Shown: positions 1-9,515 of the stretch, in pieces
Layout: each line of letters starts with the position of its first letter
Position numbering within the stretch: position 1 is the first letter of the stretch
Source of the DNA: Candidatus Diapherotrites archaeon CG08_land_8_20_14_0_20_34_12
Lineage (GTDB): Archaea > Iainarchaeota > Iainarchaeia > Iainarchaeales > 0-14-0-20-34-12
Direction: 5' to 3'
Length of the DNA stretch: 42,766 nt
Assembly (NCBI GenBank): GCA_002779065.1
Contig: PEXL01000017.1
Coordinates: 1-42,766 of the forward strand
Position numbers and translations under genes: made by a program
Notes under the pieces: generated by a model
Seen by the model: the letters and a program-made list of their open reading frames with translations, nothing else
What the model was told of the DNA's origin: nothing
Database searches by the model: none

Positions 1-28
1 TTCCAACAAATACAGTCATATGGGTCAC

Positions 29-58
29 AATAAATAGAGGCGCAAACCTCTATTTATT
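29..58 (+). terminator. Perfect 12-bp hairpin, possibly the terminator of a + strand gene ending at the window edge
   Basis: AATAAATAGAGG-cgcaaa-CCTCTATTTATT read directly. Plus-strand frame 1 is open from position 1 to a TAA at 31-33. Confidence 0.3.
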
Positions 59-88
59 CCCATTTATAAAGGATTTCTACAGAGCTCT

Positions 89-214
89 ATGAGCGGTTCA
101 AATGCAGTATATGCAAAGATTGAGAAACCGGAGTTACGCAGAGATGTTAATTTAAGTGGAGTTGCAGCAATCGGATTGAGGATTAAAGCAACAGATTTAA
201 GGAAAGGCAGATAA
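89..214 (+). CDS. Speculative 41-aa small protein (MSGSNAVYAKIEKPELRRDVNLSGVAAIGLRIKATDLRKGR)
   Basis: ATG lies 18 nt downstream of TTTATAAA (63-70), the leaderless-type spacing seen at other genes here. Its stop is embedded in a hairpin plus T-run. It is below the ORF-track size cut-off and no family was recognised. Confidence 0.2.
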   Translation: MSGSNAVYAKIEKPELRRDVNLSGVAAIGLRIKATDLRKGR

Positions 215-235
215 GAAAGAAATATCTGCCTTTGT
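206..235. terminator. Hairpin plus T-run, possibly a bidirectional terminator
   Basis: GGCAGATA-N9-TATCTGCC followed by TTTGT on the + strand. The complement gives a hairpin followed by TTTCC on the - strand. Confidence 0.3.
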
Positions 236-385
236 AATGTTTGTGACATACTATGCATCATAAATGATGTAGCTTCCTAATTCATCGCTTCTTTATTGAG
301 AAGCTCCAAAGGCATACAGGCCCTGCCCAGACCCACTTCATATTTTATTTTTATAAGAATACCAGCGCTTTCAGCCTTGTATTCT
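215..385 (-). ncRNA. Candidate structured non-coding transcript driven by the motif-1/TATA promoter
   Basis: A TATA (416-409, - strand) preceded by motif copy 1 points leftwards, but no ATG occurs at the leaderless distance. The first ATG (341-339) opens only a 19-codon ORF. The region has locally G+C-rich hairpins (AAGAATAC-N16-GTATTCTT, GCTTCT-N6-AGAAGC, CATCAT-tt-ATGATG). Ends are guessed. Confidence 0.25.
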
Positions 386-408
386 TGATATAAGTTTGTA
401 ATTTGTAG

Positions 409-444
409 TATTTAAATCATGTGAAAGAGTAGATTTCCGGTGAA
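409..444 (-). promoter_or_regulatory. Promoter: TATA box (TTTAAATA on the - strand, 409-416) plus conserved upstream motif copy 1 (427-444)
   Basis: Plus strand reads GAGTAGATTTCCGGTGAA, 10 nt from the TATA box. The architecture matches the HerA, NurA, PolB-like and NTase promoters. Confidence 0.5.
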
Positions 445-524
445 ATATTCACTTTCATCTACTTCTTAAAAGAGACAAATTTCACGCTCATAAAGGTTTA
501 ATAACCTAGTTATCTATTTGCAAT

Positions 525-1094
525 ATGGAACCAGACTTAATTCTATTTGATGATCTTGAAGAAATTTCTAAGCAAGCAAATCTTTTGGATTTAAAACATA
601 TAATAATTGCTAAATCTTTTTCTTCAAAAGAGGATATTAAGAAATTTAGGGGGAAGATTAACTTTTCAAAATCTAATTTAGAAATAAGAATTTGTCATTT
701 AATAGGAAAAACCAATAACAAAGAGCTTGAGAGTTTTCTAAATACTGCGGATTTTATCTGTATGTTGGGTGATTCATTAAAAAATGTCAGCTTTGCCTCA
801 AGCAATAAAAAATTTGATTTTATTTTAATGCAATTTGACAAAAATCCGCAGATGATAATAGATAAAGAAACTTTAATGAATGCTAAAATAAATGAGGTTG
901 AAATTTTATTGCCGATTTCAGCAATATTAAATTCAAATATTTACAACAAAGCAGCAATCATGCAAAAGTATGCAGCAATAATAAAAATATGCAAAAAGGT
1001 TGGTTGTAAGCTTGGAATAGTAAGCGGAGCTGCCTGCAAGGAAGAAATGAGAAATAAAAAGAATTTGGATAGTATAATTGAATTACTGAAGTAA
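525..1094 (+). CDS. Possible RNase P protein component 3 (Rpp30/Rnp3-like)
   Basis: 189 aa. The C-terminal pattern KVGCKLGIVSGAACKEEMRNKKNLDSIIELL resembles the SgA...R...l tail of the archaeal Rpp30 TIM-barrel. This is based on motif recall only. Confidence 0.4.
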   Translation: MEPDLILFDDLEEISKQANLLDLKHIIIAKSFSSKEDIKKFRGKINFSKSNLEIRICHLIGKTNNKELESFLNTADFICMLGDSLKNVSFASSNKKFDFILMQFDKNPQMIIDKETLMNAKINEVEILLPISAILNSNIYNKAAIMQKYAAIIKICKKVGCKLGIVSGAACKEEMRNKKNLDSIIELLK

Positions 1095-1104
1095 GTGGTC
1101 AAAA

Positions 1105-2178
1105 ATGTTAGTAAAAACAAAATCCGGAACAAAACATTATAGAACATTGTGGCTTGAAGGAAAAAATGTAAGAATGATAAACCAGTTGAAAATACCGCAT
1201 GAATTTGAAATTGCCACCTTGAAAAATTACAAGGAAACCGCTGAAGCTATAAGAAATATGACTGTAAGAGGGGCTGGTGCTATTGGAATAAGCGGGGCAT
1301 ATGGGATTTATCAGGCAGTTTCTTCAGCAAATAAAAACAATTATTTGCAATATATAAGAAAAGCTGCTGATTTTTTGAGAGCAACAAGGCCAACAGCATA
1401 TGATTTATTTTATAGCGTAGATCATGTCCTAAAAACAATTAAAGATTCTGATAATTTTGAGGAAGCAAAAAAGGCTGCTTTGAAAGATGCTGAAATGCTT
1501 GCTGAAAAAAATGCAAATGCTGGCAAAAGGATTGGGCAATATGGGGAAAAATTAATAAAAAATAATTTTAGAATACTAACACATTGCAACGCAGGCTGGC
1601 TTGGGTTTGTGGATTGGGGTTCTGCACTTGCGCCAATATATGCAGCAAAAAGAGCTGGAAAAAAACTTTTTGTCTTTGTTGATGAAACAAGACCTAGGCT
1701 TCAAGGTGCGAGATTAACTGCATGGGAACTTTATAATGAGGATATTAAACATGCAGTAATTGCAGACAACGCTGCCGGGTATTATATGCAAAAAGGCGAG
1801 ATTGATATGTGCATTGTGGGAGCAGATAGGATATTAATGCATAACGGCCTGACAGCAAACAAGATAGGCACATATGAAAAAGCTGTTCTTGCAAAGGAGA
1901 ACAACATTCCGTTTTATGTTGCAGCCCCAACATCAACATTTGATTTGAAATCTAAGGAAATTCCAATTGAAGAAAGAAGCCAAGATGAAGTGTTGTTTGT
2001 TGAGGGGAATTGTGGTGGGAAAATTACTAATGTTGCAATATCCCACAAAAATGCAAAAGCAAAAAATCCTGCATTTGATATTACTTCAAGTAAATATATT
2101 ACTGCCTTCATAACAGAAAAAGGAATATTCAAACCAAATAAATTGAAAAGATTAGAAAAAATGCTTAAGGATAAATGA
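1105..2178 (+). CDS. mtnA: S-methyl-5-thioribose-1-phosphate isomerase (eIF-2B alpha/beta/delta family, MtnA type)
   Basis: TVRGAGAIG, THCNAG, ETRPRLQGARLTAWEL, VGADRI, ANKIGTY, NPAFDIT and ITEKG are all present, and the protein aligns by eye along bacterial MtnA. Confidence 0.85.
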   Translation: MLVKTKSGTKHYRTLWLEGKNVRMINQLKIPHEFEIATLKNYKETAEAIRNMTVRGAGAIGISGAYGIYQAVSSANKNNYLQYIRKAADFLRATRPTAYDLFYSVDHVLKTIKDSDNFEEAKKAALKDAEMLAEKNANAGKRIGQYGEKLIKNNFRILTHCNAGWLGFVDWGSALAPIYAAKRAGKKLFVFVDETRPRLQGARLTAWELYNEDIKHAVIADNAAGYYMQKGEIDMCIVGADRILMHNGLTANKIGTYEKAVLAKENNIPFYVAAPTSTFDLKSKEIPIEERSQDEVLFVEGNCGGKITNVAISHKNAKAKNPAFDITSSKYITAFITEKGIFKPNKLKRLEKMLKDK

Positions 2179-2765
2179 TTAAAATGCCTGAGATCTATGT
2201 TGGAGTAAAATTCAAAACTATTTTTTTAAAGAAAGAAGTCCCTAAAGGAAAACTGAATAAAAAATTGATTGAAATTGGAAAGAAAATTGCAAAATACGAG
2301 CTGAACGGGAATATGGGCTGGGGCAATATAAGTTACAGATTTGAAAATGGCTTTGTGATAAATGCCACAAAGGAGAACATTGGGCATCTGGATGAAAAAA
2401 AACTTGTTTTTGTAAAGTCTGTTGATTGGAAGAAAAAATGTGTAAAAGGCATTGGCCTAAAAGAACCTAGTTCAGAATGTTTTATGCATGCCGCTGCTTA
2501 TGAGTTAAGGAAAGACGTTAATGTTGTGCTGCATCTGCATGATGATTTGGTTTTAAAGCATGCAAAAGAACTCGGGATTAAAGAAACAATAAATGAAAAA
2601 CCATATGGAACAATTGAATTGGCAGAAGAAATCAAAAAAGTTCTTGGGATGAGGAATTGCGTTGCAATAAAGAACCACGGAATTCTGGCATTAGGGAAAA
2701 ATATCAGAGAAGCTTTTGATTTGGCATTAAAAATGCATAAAAAATCTGAAGAGTTGAAAAAATAA
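2175..2765 (+). CDS. Class II aldolase/adducin-family protein (MtnB/Ald2-like)
   Basis: Metal-ligand pattern VVLHLHDD and NHGILALG. Overlaps the mtnA stop by 4 nt. Confidence 0.7.
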   Translation: MIKMPEIYVGVKFKTIFLKKEVPKGKLNKKLIEIGKKIAKYELNGNMGWGNISYRFENGFVINATKENIGHLDEKKLVFVKSVDWKKKCVKGIGLKEPSSECFMHAAAYELRKDVNVVLHLHDDLVLKHAKELGIKETINEKPYGTIELAEEIKKVLGMRNCVAIKNHGILALGKNIREAFDLALKMHKKSEELKK

Positions 2766-2774
2766 TCAGCTATC

Positions 2775-3809
2775 TTACGGATTTAAAATTACCTTCATTG
2801 ATTCGTCTGCCTTTGCAACCAACCGGAAACCTTTCTGTGCCTCATCTAATGGCAAGTTATGGGTAATTAAATCGCTTACAGTAACTTTTTTTGATTTAAT
2901 TAGGTTAATAGCTTCTTCAAGGTCTAAGGGAGACGCTGCATAACTTGTTTTTAATGTGATTTCATTCCTCCAAAGATTGCTTAGGGATAAGCAAGTTTTG
3001 TCCTCTGGCTTAGGAACCGCAAAAAATAAAATTGTGCCACCTCTTTCTATTGAATTGAAGGATTGTTCAATTGCGGAACTTGCCCCTGTGCATACTATGA
3101 CACGATCTACTAAAAGGCCATTATTGAAAGATTTTATTTTTTCTATGATATTTTCCCTTGCATCTATTGCAATTGCCCCTAATTTTTTTGCAAAATTCAA
3201 ACGAAATTCTGAGATGTCTGTTGCAAATATTTTTTTTATGCCAAGGGATTTTGCGAGCTTTATGTGCAATAAACCTGAAATTCCAGAACCTAAAACAAGC
3301 AAGGATTCTGCTGATTTTATATCTGCCAATCTCTGCCCTCTGACAACACAGCCTAAGGGTTCAATAAAAGTGGCATCATCAAAGGAAACCTCTTTTGGCA
3401 ATAAAAATGTTCCTTTTTCAACATTTATCTTTGGCACTTGCAGGTATTGTGAAAATCCCCCTGGATAAAAATTTGTTTTGTGCAGGGTTTCACAAGCAGT
3501 ATGATGGCTTTGCTTGCAGTAATGGCAATTGCCACAGGGAACATGATGGGAAACAAAAACTCCCTCTCCTTTCCTGAATTTTTTTACTTTTTTTCCTACT
3601 TGGATTATTTCTCCTGAAATTTCATGCCCTAAAACACGTGGGGCTGTCTTTATGCGATACCATTCCAAAACATCAGAGCCGCAAATACCTGAAGAAATTA
3701 CTTTAACAAGAATTTCGTCTTTTGAGATTTCAGGAATTTGCATTTCTTCAATTCGCACATCATTGTTGTTGTAATACATTGCAACTTTCATTTTTTCCAT
3801 GAAAATCAA
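2775..3809 (-). CDS. Zinc-dependent alcohol dehydrogenase (MDR family, threonine/sorbitol dehydrogenase-like)
   Basis: GICGSDV, GHEISGEI, structural-zinc CGNCHYC and Rossmann motif GSGISG. The true start is probably an internal Met (MKVAMYY). Confidence 0.8.
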   Translation of the reverse strand: MIFMEKMKVAMYYNNNDVRIEEMQIPEISKDEILVKVISSGICGSDVLEWYRIKTAPRVLGHEISGEIIQVGKKVKKFRKGEGVFVSHHVPCGNCHYCKQSHHTACETLHKTNFYPGGFSQYLQVPKINVEKGTFLLPKEVSFDDATFIEPLGCVVRGQRLADIKSAESLLVLGSGISGLLHIKLAKSLGIKKIFATDISEFRLNFAKKLGAIAIDARENIIEKIKSFNNGLLVDRVIVCTGASSAIEQSFNSIERGGTILFFAVPKPEDKTCLSLSNLWRNEITLKTSYAASPLDLEEAINLIKSKKVTVSDLITHNLPLDEAQKGFRLVAKADESMKVILNP

Positions 3810-3831
3810 AGGTGTTTATTGTATTGATAAA

Positions 3832-4632
3832 TTAATCAAATTTTTTCTGCTTTTCCTTCTTGCCTTTCTCAAACAAATCGAGCGCTTCATTTACATTAAA
3901 GCCGTCATGCACTATTGACCTTACTGCCTTTATCATTGCTACAGGATAATCTGATTGAAATATATTACGGCCCATATCAACCCCTACAGCACCTTCTGAA
4001 ATTGCATTATAAGCAAGTTCAAGCGCTTCTTTTTCTGAAACCTTTGTGCCGCCTGCAACCACTATTGGAACCGGACACGAATCTACTATTTGTGAGAAAT
4101 CCTTACAATAATAAGTTTTTACAAAATGTGCTCCAAGTTCAGCAGCAATCCTGCAGGCCAATCCTAAATATCTTGCATCCCTGCCCATATCTTTCCCAAC
4201 AGCAGTTACTGCCAAAACCGGCATTCCACATTGTTCACCTTCATCAACAAGCTTCGCCAAATTTAACAATGTCTGCCTTTCATATTGGGCACCAACAAAG
4301 ATTGATAAAGCAACAGCAGAAGCATTCAACCTTAAAGCATCTTCCATTGCACAGGTAAGACCCTCATTTGAAAGTTCTGTTAAAACACTGGTACCGCCTG
4401 AAACCCTAAGAACAATGGGAACTTCGATTTTGTCTGAAACACTTGCCCTCAAAACACCACGCGTAAGCATTAAAGCATCAGCATATTGCTGCAATGCTGA
4501 AATTGTTTCTACGGGTTTTTTCAAGCCAGTAGTAGGCCCTAAAAAATAGCCGTGGTCTACTGCCAGCATGACTGTTTTGCCTGTTTTTGGCTTGATTATT
4601 TTTGATAACCTATTTTTCAATCCCCAGCTCAT
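3832..4632 (-). CDS. Class I aldolase of the DhnA / MJ0400 family (FBP aldolase or ADH synthase type)
   Basis: VDHG, LRVSGGTS, Schiff-base region FVKTYY, VVAGG and GRNIFQ. Collinear by eye with MJ0400-type sequences. Confidence 0.8.
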   Translation of the reverse strand: MSWGLKNRLSKIIKPKTGKTVMLAVDHGYFLGPTTGLKKPVETISALQQYADALMLTRGVLRASVSDKIEVPIVLRVSGGTSVLTELSNEGLTCAMEDALRLNASAVALSIFVGAQYERQTLLNLAKLVDEGEQCGMPVLAVTAVGKDMGRDARYLGLACRIAAELGAHFVKTYYCKDFSQIVDSCPVPIVVAGGTKVSEKEALELAYNAISEGAVGVDMGRNIFQSDYPVAMIKAVRSIVHDGFNVNEALDLFEKGKKEKQKKFD

Positions 4633-4819
4633 AAAAATACCTCAGAACATAAAAGTGATAGTACATTAAAGAGCATTCAAAAAATGCTCTAATTAATGTC
4701 TTTTAATATTAAACAATAAAAGTGGTAAATTATATAAGCAGATTGCTGACTACTCTCAATATGAAAAGGCCTTCAAAATTAGTGGCTACTTAATTTAACT
4801 CATTAAAAACAGTGATTTG

Positions 4820-5368
4820 ATGCTAAATAAGAAAAAAGAAATCCTGCCCTCAAGGGAAGAATGCATTAAACTAATAAGGGAAAATAATCCTGAAAATGTT
4901 GTAAAGCATTCGCTTATTGTGAATAAAATTGCGATGTATCTAGGAAAAAAATTAAAGAAAAAAGGAAAGAAAATTAATTTGGATTTGCTTGATAGGGCAA
5001 GTTTATTGCATGATATTGATAAAATTGAGAGCCTGAGGAATGGAAATCATGGGGTAATTGGGGAAAAAATGCTTAAAGAAAAAGGACTGCACAAAATTGC
5101 TAAAATTGTAAGAAAACATGTTCTGGATCAGATACTGCTTGGTTTTGATTCATTGGAAGAGAAGATTGTTTTTTATGCTGACAAAAGGGTTGTTGATGAT
5201 AAAATTGTTTCTTTAGATGAAAGATTAAAATATATCCTAAATAGATATGGGCATTTAAATAAAAAATTGCAGAAAAGATATTCTGAAATTGAAAAAAAAA
5301 TAAATAAATTAGAAAAGAATATTTTCTCTGAAATAAAGATATCTAAGGAGTTAAAAGAACTCAAGTAA
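4820..5368 (+). CDS. HD-domain phosphohydrolase
   Basis: H...LLHDIDK motif. The ATG at 4820 follows the TTG used by the ORF track. Confidence 0.65.
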   Translation: MLNKKKEILPSREECIKLIRENNPENVVKHSLIVNKIAMYLGKKLKKKGKKINLDLLDRASLLHDIDKIESLRNGNHGVIGEKMLKEKGLHKIAKIVRKHVLDQILLGFDSLEEKIVFYADKRVVDDKIVSLDERLKYILNRYGHLNKKLQKRYSEIEKKINKLEKNIFSEIKISKELKELK

Positions 5369-5432
5369 AATAAACTTTAAAGTTGTTATTTGCAAAGGGT
5401 AAATATTAAACTGTTTCTTTTCTGATTTTTTA

Positions 5433-5789
5433 ATGCTAAGAGAGCATTGGTTAACGCGAATAGCCTTAGGCTGCGCAATTTTCGGATTAATAATCCTCGC
5501 ATTTTATTATGAAAAGTCAGAATGCGAATGGAAAACGATTAATGGAATAAGCAAGGATTCTGCTGGCTCAAAAGTCTCAATATTTGGCAGAATAAGAGAA
5601 ATAAAACAGTATGAAAATTCAATAAGTTTTCAGGTGTATGACGGAAATACAATAAATGCGGTGATATTCAACCCCGCAAAGGAGGATTTTATCCAAATAC
5701 AGGATAATGATTTGCTAAACATTTGCGGTTCTGTTTCTAAGTATAAAGGCAAACTTGAAATAATCGTGGAGAGTTTTAAGGTTGTTTGA
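5433..5789 (+). CDS. Membrane-anchored OB-fold (tRNA_anti-like) protein
   Basis: N-terminal TM helix followed by an OB-like pattern (VSIFGRI...FQVYDG...ICGSVSKYKGKLEI). Confidence 0.5.
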   Translation: MLREHWLTRIALGCAIFGLIILAFYYEKSECEWKTINGISKDSAGSKVSIFGRIREIKQYENSISFQVYDGNTINAVIFNPAKEDFIQIQDNDLLNICGSVSKYKGKLEIIVESFKVV

Positions 5790-6972
5790 AATACTTGGGT
5801 ATATTTTGGCCGGCTGTTTTCTTGGGATAATAAGTGGGATTTTGCCCGGCATTCACATAAACCTGTTGTCAATATTGCTAACAAAATATGTTCCAAATGC
5901 GGACATAAATATCGCTGCCTGTATAATTGCAATGGGCATAGTCCATTCTTTTGTTGATTTTATCCCAAGCATTTGTTTTGGGGTTCCTCAAGAGGATAAT
6001 TATTTGAGTGTATTGCCAGGGCACAGATATTTTCTAAAAGGGCAGGCGTACAAAGCAATAATGCTGACTGTTACTGGTGGATTATTCGGGATAATTTTAG
6101 GGCTATTATTTCTGCCATTATTTTTTAGCATTGGAACAAAATTTTTTTATGAAATAAGAAAATATCTGGCATATGTGCTAATTGGAACTATTTTTATGAT
6201 GGTTTTTTCAGAAAAAGAAAACAAAAAATTTTGGGCCATGCTTATTGTAGCACTTTCGGGATTCTTGGGTTTTTTAATCTTAAGGAATGGTTCTTCGGAG
6301 AATGGAATTTTTGCCGCAATAACTGGTTTTTTTGGGATAAGCACTTTACTAGAATCAATATCCACAAATAGCTGCACAAAAAAGCAAATAATAACTGAAT
6401 TTTCATTTAGAAAATTTGATGCTATTAAAAGTCCTATTTTAAGCATTATTGGCGGATCTATTGTTGCTTTAATTCCCGGCTTGGGATCAAATCAGGCTGC
6501 TTTTTTAATACGTGAAATCCAAGGAAAAATCAAAACATCAAATTATTTAATGATGATTGGCGGAATAAATGCAGTAAATTTAATGCTATCTTTTTTTGCA
6601 CTTTATTCAATCGGAAAGGGGCGTAGCGGTCCTGCTTTAGTAATACAAAACCTAATCCACTTAAATTCAGATCAAATATTGCTAATAATTGCAACAGTAT
6701 TAATAGCTGCTTCTTTTGGGGTTTTTATTACAATTTTAATTTCTAAAAAATTATTAAATGCATTAAATGAAGTAGATTACAAAAAACTGAATATTGGAAT
6801 TTTAATTTTTATAATATTTCTTACAATTGTATTGTGCAATTGGCATGAATTAATAATTGCTGGCACTGCAACTAGCATTGGAATTCTAACTATAAAAACA
6901 AAGGTAAAAAGAAGCCTTTGCATGGCTTTTTTGATTGTGCCGATCACTCTTTTTTACATTACCTTACTATAA
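5782..6972 (+). CDS. Polytopic membrane protein, possibly TctA/DUF112-like
   Basis: About 10 hydrophobic segments. TTG start overlaps the upstream gene by 8 nt. The family assignment is a guess. Confidence 0.45.
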   Translation: MFEILGYILAGCFLGIISGILPGIHINLLSILLTKYVPNADINIAACIIAMGIVHSFVDFIPSICFGVPQEDNYLSVLPGHRYFLKGQAYKAIMLTVTGGLFGIILGLLFLPLFFSIGTKFFYEIRKYLAYVLIGTIFMMVFSEKENKKFWAMLIVALSGFLGFLILRNGSSENGIFAAITGFFGISTLLESISTNSCTKKQIITEFSFRKFDAIKSPILSIIGGSIVALIPGLGSNQAAFLIREIQGKIKTSNYLMMIGGINAVNLMLSFFALYSIGKGRSGPALVIQNLIHLNSDQILLIIATVLIAASFGVFITILISKKLLNALNEVDYKKLNIGILIFIIFLTIVLCNWHELIIAGTATSIGILTIKTKVKRSLCMAFLIVPITLFYITLL

Positions 6973-7428
6973 ATTAAATGAAGCAACTTCTCCATCTTCA
7001 TCTATTTCTTCCTTCAAGACTTTTTTCTCAAAGAATTTGCCTAAAATAAGTACGATTATAGATAAACCGGTTGCATAAGCAGCAATTGTGTATAAGCCCA
7101 TACCAATAACCATGCCTATTGCTGAAACAGTCCAAATATTTGCTGCGGTTGTTAATCCTTTAACATAATTCTGGCCTTTATAAATTACTCCAGCTCCTAA
7201 AAAACCTACTCCTGTAACAATGCCTGCGGCAATTCTTGATGGATCTACATTCCCCTCAAAAGAGAGTGATGCTAAAGTAAATACTGTAGAGCCTAATGCA
7301 ACTAATGCATGCGTTCTTAATCCGGCATACCCTTGCCCTCTTTTACTTAATTCTCTTTCCAATCCAAAGAATATTCCAACTATTAAAGATAATGACAAAC
7401 GCCATATGAGTTCTGATTCGGATAACAT
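6967..7428 (-). CDS. MgtC/SapB-family membrane protein
   Basis: GLERE...GLRTHALVALGS and the hydrophobic profile are typical of MgtC. Confidence 0.7.
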   Translation of the reverse strand: MLSESELIWRLSLSLIVGIFFGLERELSKRGQGYAGLRTHALVALGSTVFTLASLSFEGNVDPSRIAAGIVTGVGFLGAGVIYKGQNYVKGLTTAANIWTVSAIGMVIGMGLYTIAAYATGLSIIVLILGKFFEKKVLKEEIDEDGEVASFNL

Positions 7429-7486
7429 AATATCAGTAACAAATAGGCATTAGGAATTAATATTCTTTTCTAAGCACTGTGTTTTT

Positions 7487-7855
7487 ATGTATCTTATAAA
7501 AAAAGAGACACTTGAAATGATAATACATGCTGCAAAAAATACGTATCCTAAAGAATTTATAGGGTTATTAGGAAGCAGACTTGAAAATAATGTGATTGAC
7601 GAATTAATATTGACCCATTCTGAATATGGGAACAGTACTTCTTCTATATATATGGACTCAAAACCAGTTGATAATAGCATAATTGGTTCTGTACACAGCC
7701 ACCCTACTAATTCCAATAATCCTTCAGATGAGGATATTCATAGCTTTCCGAAATTTGGGAAAATACATTTAATAATCTCGTATCCCTTTAATATAAATGC
7801 AATAAAAATGTTTGACTCTAAAGGTAAACTGGTGGAATTTAAAGTGATTCAATGA
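7487..7855 (+). CDS. JAB/MPN (JAMM) metalloprotease-domain protein
   Basis: EFIGLLGS glutamate and JAMM motif HSHPTNSNNPSDEDI. Confidence 0.75.
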   Translation: MYLIKKETLEMIIHAAKNTYPKEFIGLLGSRLENNVIDELILTHSEYGNSTSSIYMDSKPVDNSIIGSVHSHPTNSNNPSDEDIHSFPKFGKIHLIISYPFNINAIKMFDSKGKLVEFKVIQ

Positions 7856-9051
7856 AAAAAATACTGCTCATGATCTTAGACGGTGTGGGGGACAGGCCTT
7901 CAAAATGTTTAGAGAACAGAACTCCGCTTGGGGCAGCAAGAATTCCAAATATAGACTCACTGATTAAGAATAGTCTTTGTGGATTAATGGATTCTGTTGG
8001 AAAAGGGATTAAACCAGAATCAGATAATGCTCATTTGAGCATATTCGACTATAACCTTAAAAAATATTATACTGGAAGGGGCCCTCTTGAAGCATCTGGC
8101 CTAGAAATGAAAATGAACCATGGTGATATTGCATTTAGGGCCAATTTTGCAACAATTGATGATTCTGGAATAATAAAAGATAGAAGAACGGGGAGAATTG
8201 AATCAGTAAAGCCATTTGTAAATAAATTAAATGGGATGAAAATTGATGGAATAAAATTTTTGCTAAAAGCAGGGACTTCCCATAGGGCCTGTTTAATTAT
8301 GAGAGGCAAGGGATTAGGCAGCAAAATCTCGGACAATGATCCTCACAAAACAGGGGTAAAACCCATTTTAATAAAAGCTTTAAATTCAGGTAAAGAAGCT
8401 AAATTTACCGCTGATGTTTTAAATAAGTTTTTAGAAAAAGCAAACCATATATTAGATGAAATGAAATTGAATAAAGAAAGGAATAAGCAGGGTAAATTAA
8501 AAGCAAATTATCTGCTAGTAAGAGGGGCAGGAATTTATAAAAAAATCCCAACATTTAAAGAAAAATATAAATTAAATGCTTGTTGCATTGCTGGTGGCGG
8601 ATTGTATAAGGGGGTGGCAAGGGCTACAGGAATGAAAATATTGAAAGTAAAGGGAGCTACAGGTACTTTAGAAACTGATATTAATGCTAAAATAAATGCG
8701 GCTATTAATGCGTTTAAAAAATATAATTTTGTTTTTGTTCACATAAAGGGAACCGATATATTGGGGCATGATGGAAAATGCAAAGAAAAAATGGAATTCA
8801 TTGAAAAAATAGATTCTAAATTAAAACCAATAATTAAATTGAAAAATACCGTTATTGTTATCACTGGTGACCATAGCACCCCTTGCAGGATAAAGGATCA
8901 TTCAGCAGATCCTGTTCCTTTAATGATTTTTTGCAATAAAAATGATCAGATAAAGCATTTTTCAGAAAAGGATTGTGGTGCAGGCAGTTTAGGCCGAATT
9001 TTGGGCACAGATTTAATGCCAATACTTTTAAAATTGGCAAAAAATAAATAA
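7852..9051 (+). CDS. apgM: Cofactor-independent phosphoglycerate mutase, archaeal type
   Basis: ILDGVGDRP, HIKGTDILGHDG and GDHSTP. Length of about 400 aa. Overlaps the JAB gene by 4 nt. Confidence 0.85.
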   Translation: MKKILLMILDGVGDRPSKCLENRTPLGAARIPNIDSLIKNSLCGLMDSVGKGIKPESDNAHLSIFDYNLKKYYTGRGPLEASGLEMKMNHGDIAFRANFATIDDSGIIKDRRTGRIESVKPFVNKLNGMKIDGIKFLLKAGTSHRACLIMRGKGLGSKISDNDPHKTGVKPILIKALNSGKEAKFTADVLNKFLEKANHILDEMKLNKERNKQGKLKANYLLVRGAGIYKKIPTFKEKYKLNACCIAGGGLYKGVARATGMKILKVKGATGTLETDINAKINAAINAFKKYNFVFVHIKGTDILGHDGKCKEKMEFIEKIDSKLKPIIKLKNTVIVITGDHSTPCRIKDHSADPVPLMIFCNKNDQIKHFSEKDCGAGSLGRILGTDLMPILLKLAKNK

Positions 9052-9107
9052 ACGCAAAAATATGCTCAGATTAGGTTTAAATAGAACTAATTTTTAATAT
9101 ATACAAC

Positions 9108-9515
9108 ATGAACAAAAAAGGCCAGATTAGTTTAGATTTAATTATTGCGATAATAATCACATTTATATTTGCTGGGGCTATGCAGTCAATAATTGCAGGA
9201 ATGAATGAAACTCAGAAAGAAATTGGCGTAATAAATCAGCAGAAAGAAATTGGGAATAAGATTTCTGAGATTTTAACAACAAGCAAGAATCTTGCAGATG
9301 GTTCATTTAATGTTAAGTATTTGATCCCAAATGTTATTGTTTTGGGAAATAAAGAATCGGGTTGTAACATAGCAATAACCCAAGGACAAATAAAAATAAG
9401 TTCAGTATTTGATTCTAAAGTTATAGAAAGCACAATTATTCATAACTCAAGTATTTTATATTTAAAAAAGGCAAATCCTAAATGTGGTGAATATGTTGAG
9501 ATTCAAAAGATATAA
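9108..9515 (+). CDS. Archaeal type IV pilin-like protein (class III signal peptide)
   Basis: N-terminus MNKKGQISLDLIIAIIITFIFAG, i.e. a KG/Q cleavage-type motif followed by a hydrophobic helix. Confidence 0.6.
   Translation: MNKKGQISLDLIIAIIITFIFAGAMQSIIAGMNETQKEIGVINQQKEIGNKISEILTTSKNLADGSFNVKYLIPNVIVLGNKESGCNIAITQGQIKISSVFDSKVIESTIIHNSSILYLKKANPKCGEYVEIQKI

Noticed and set aside
64-261. 65-aa minus-strand ORF
   Set aside because: It has no promoter-like signal at the expected distance, an implausible composition, and overlaps the terminator-like hairpin. The plus-strand 41-aa ORF or a non-coding transcript explains the region at least as well.
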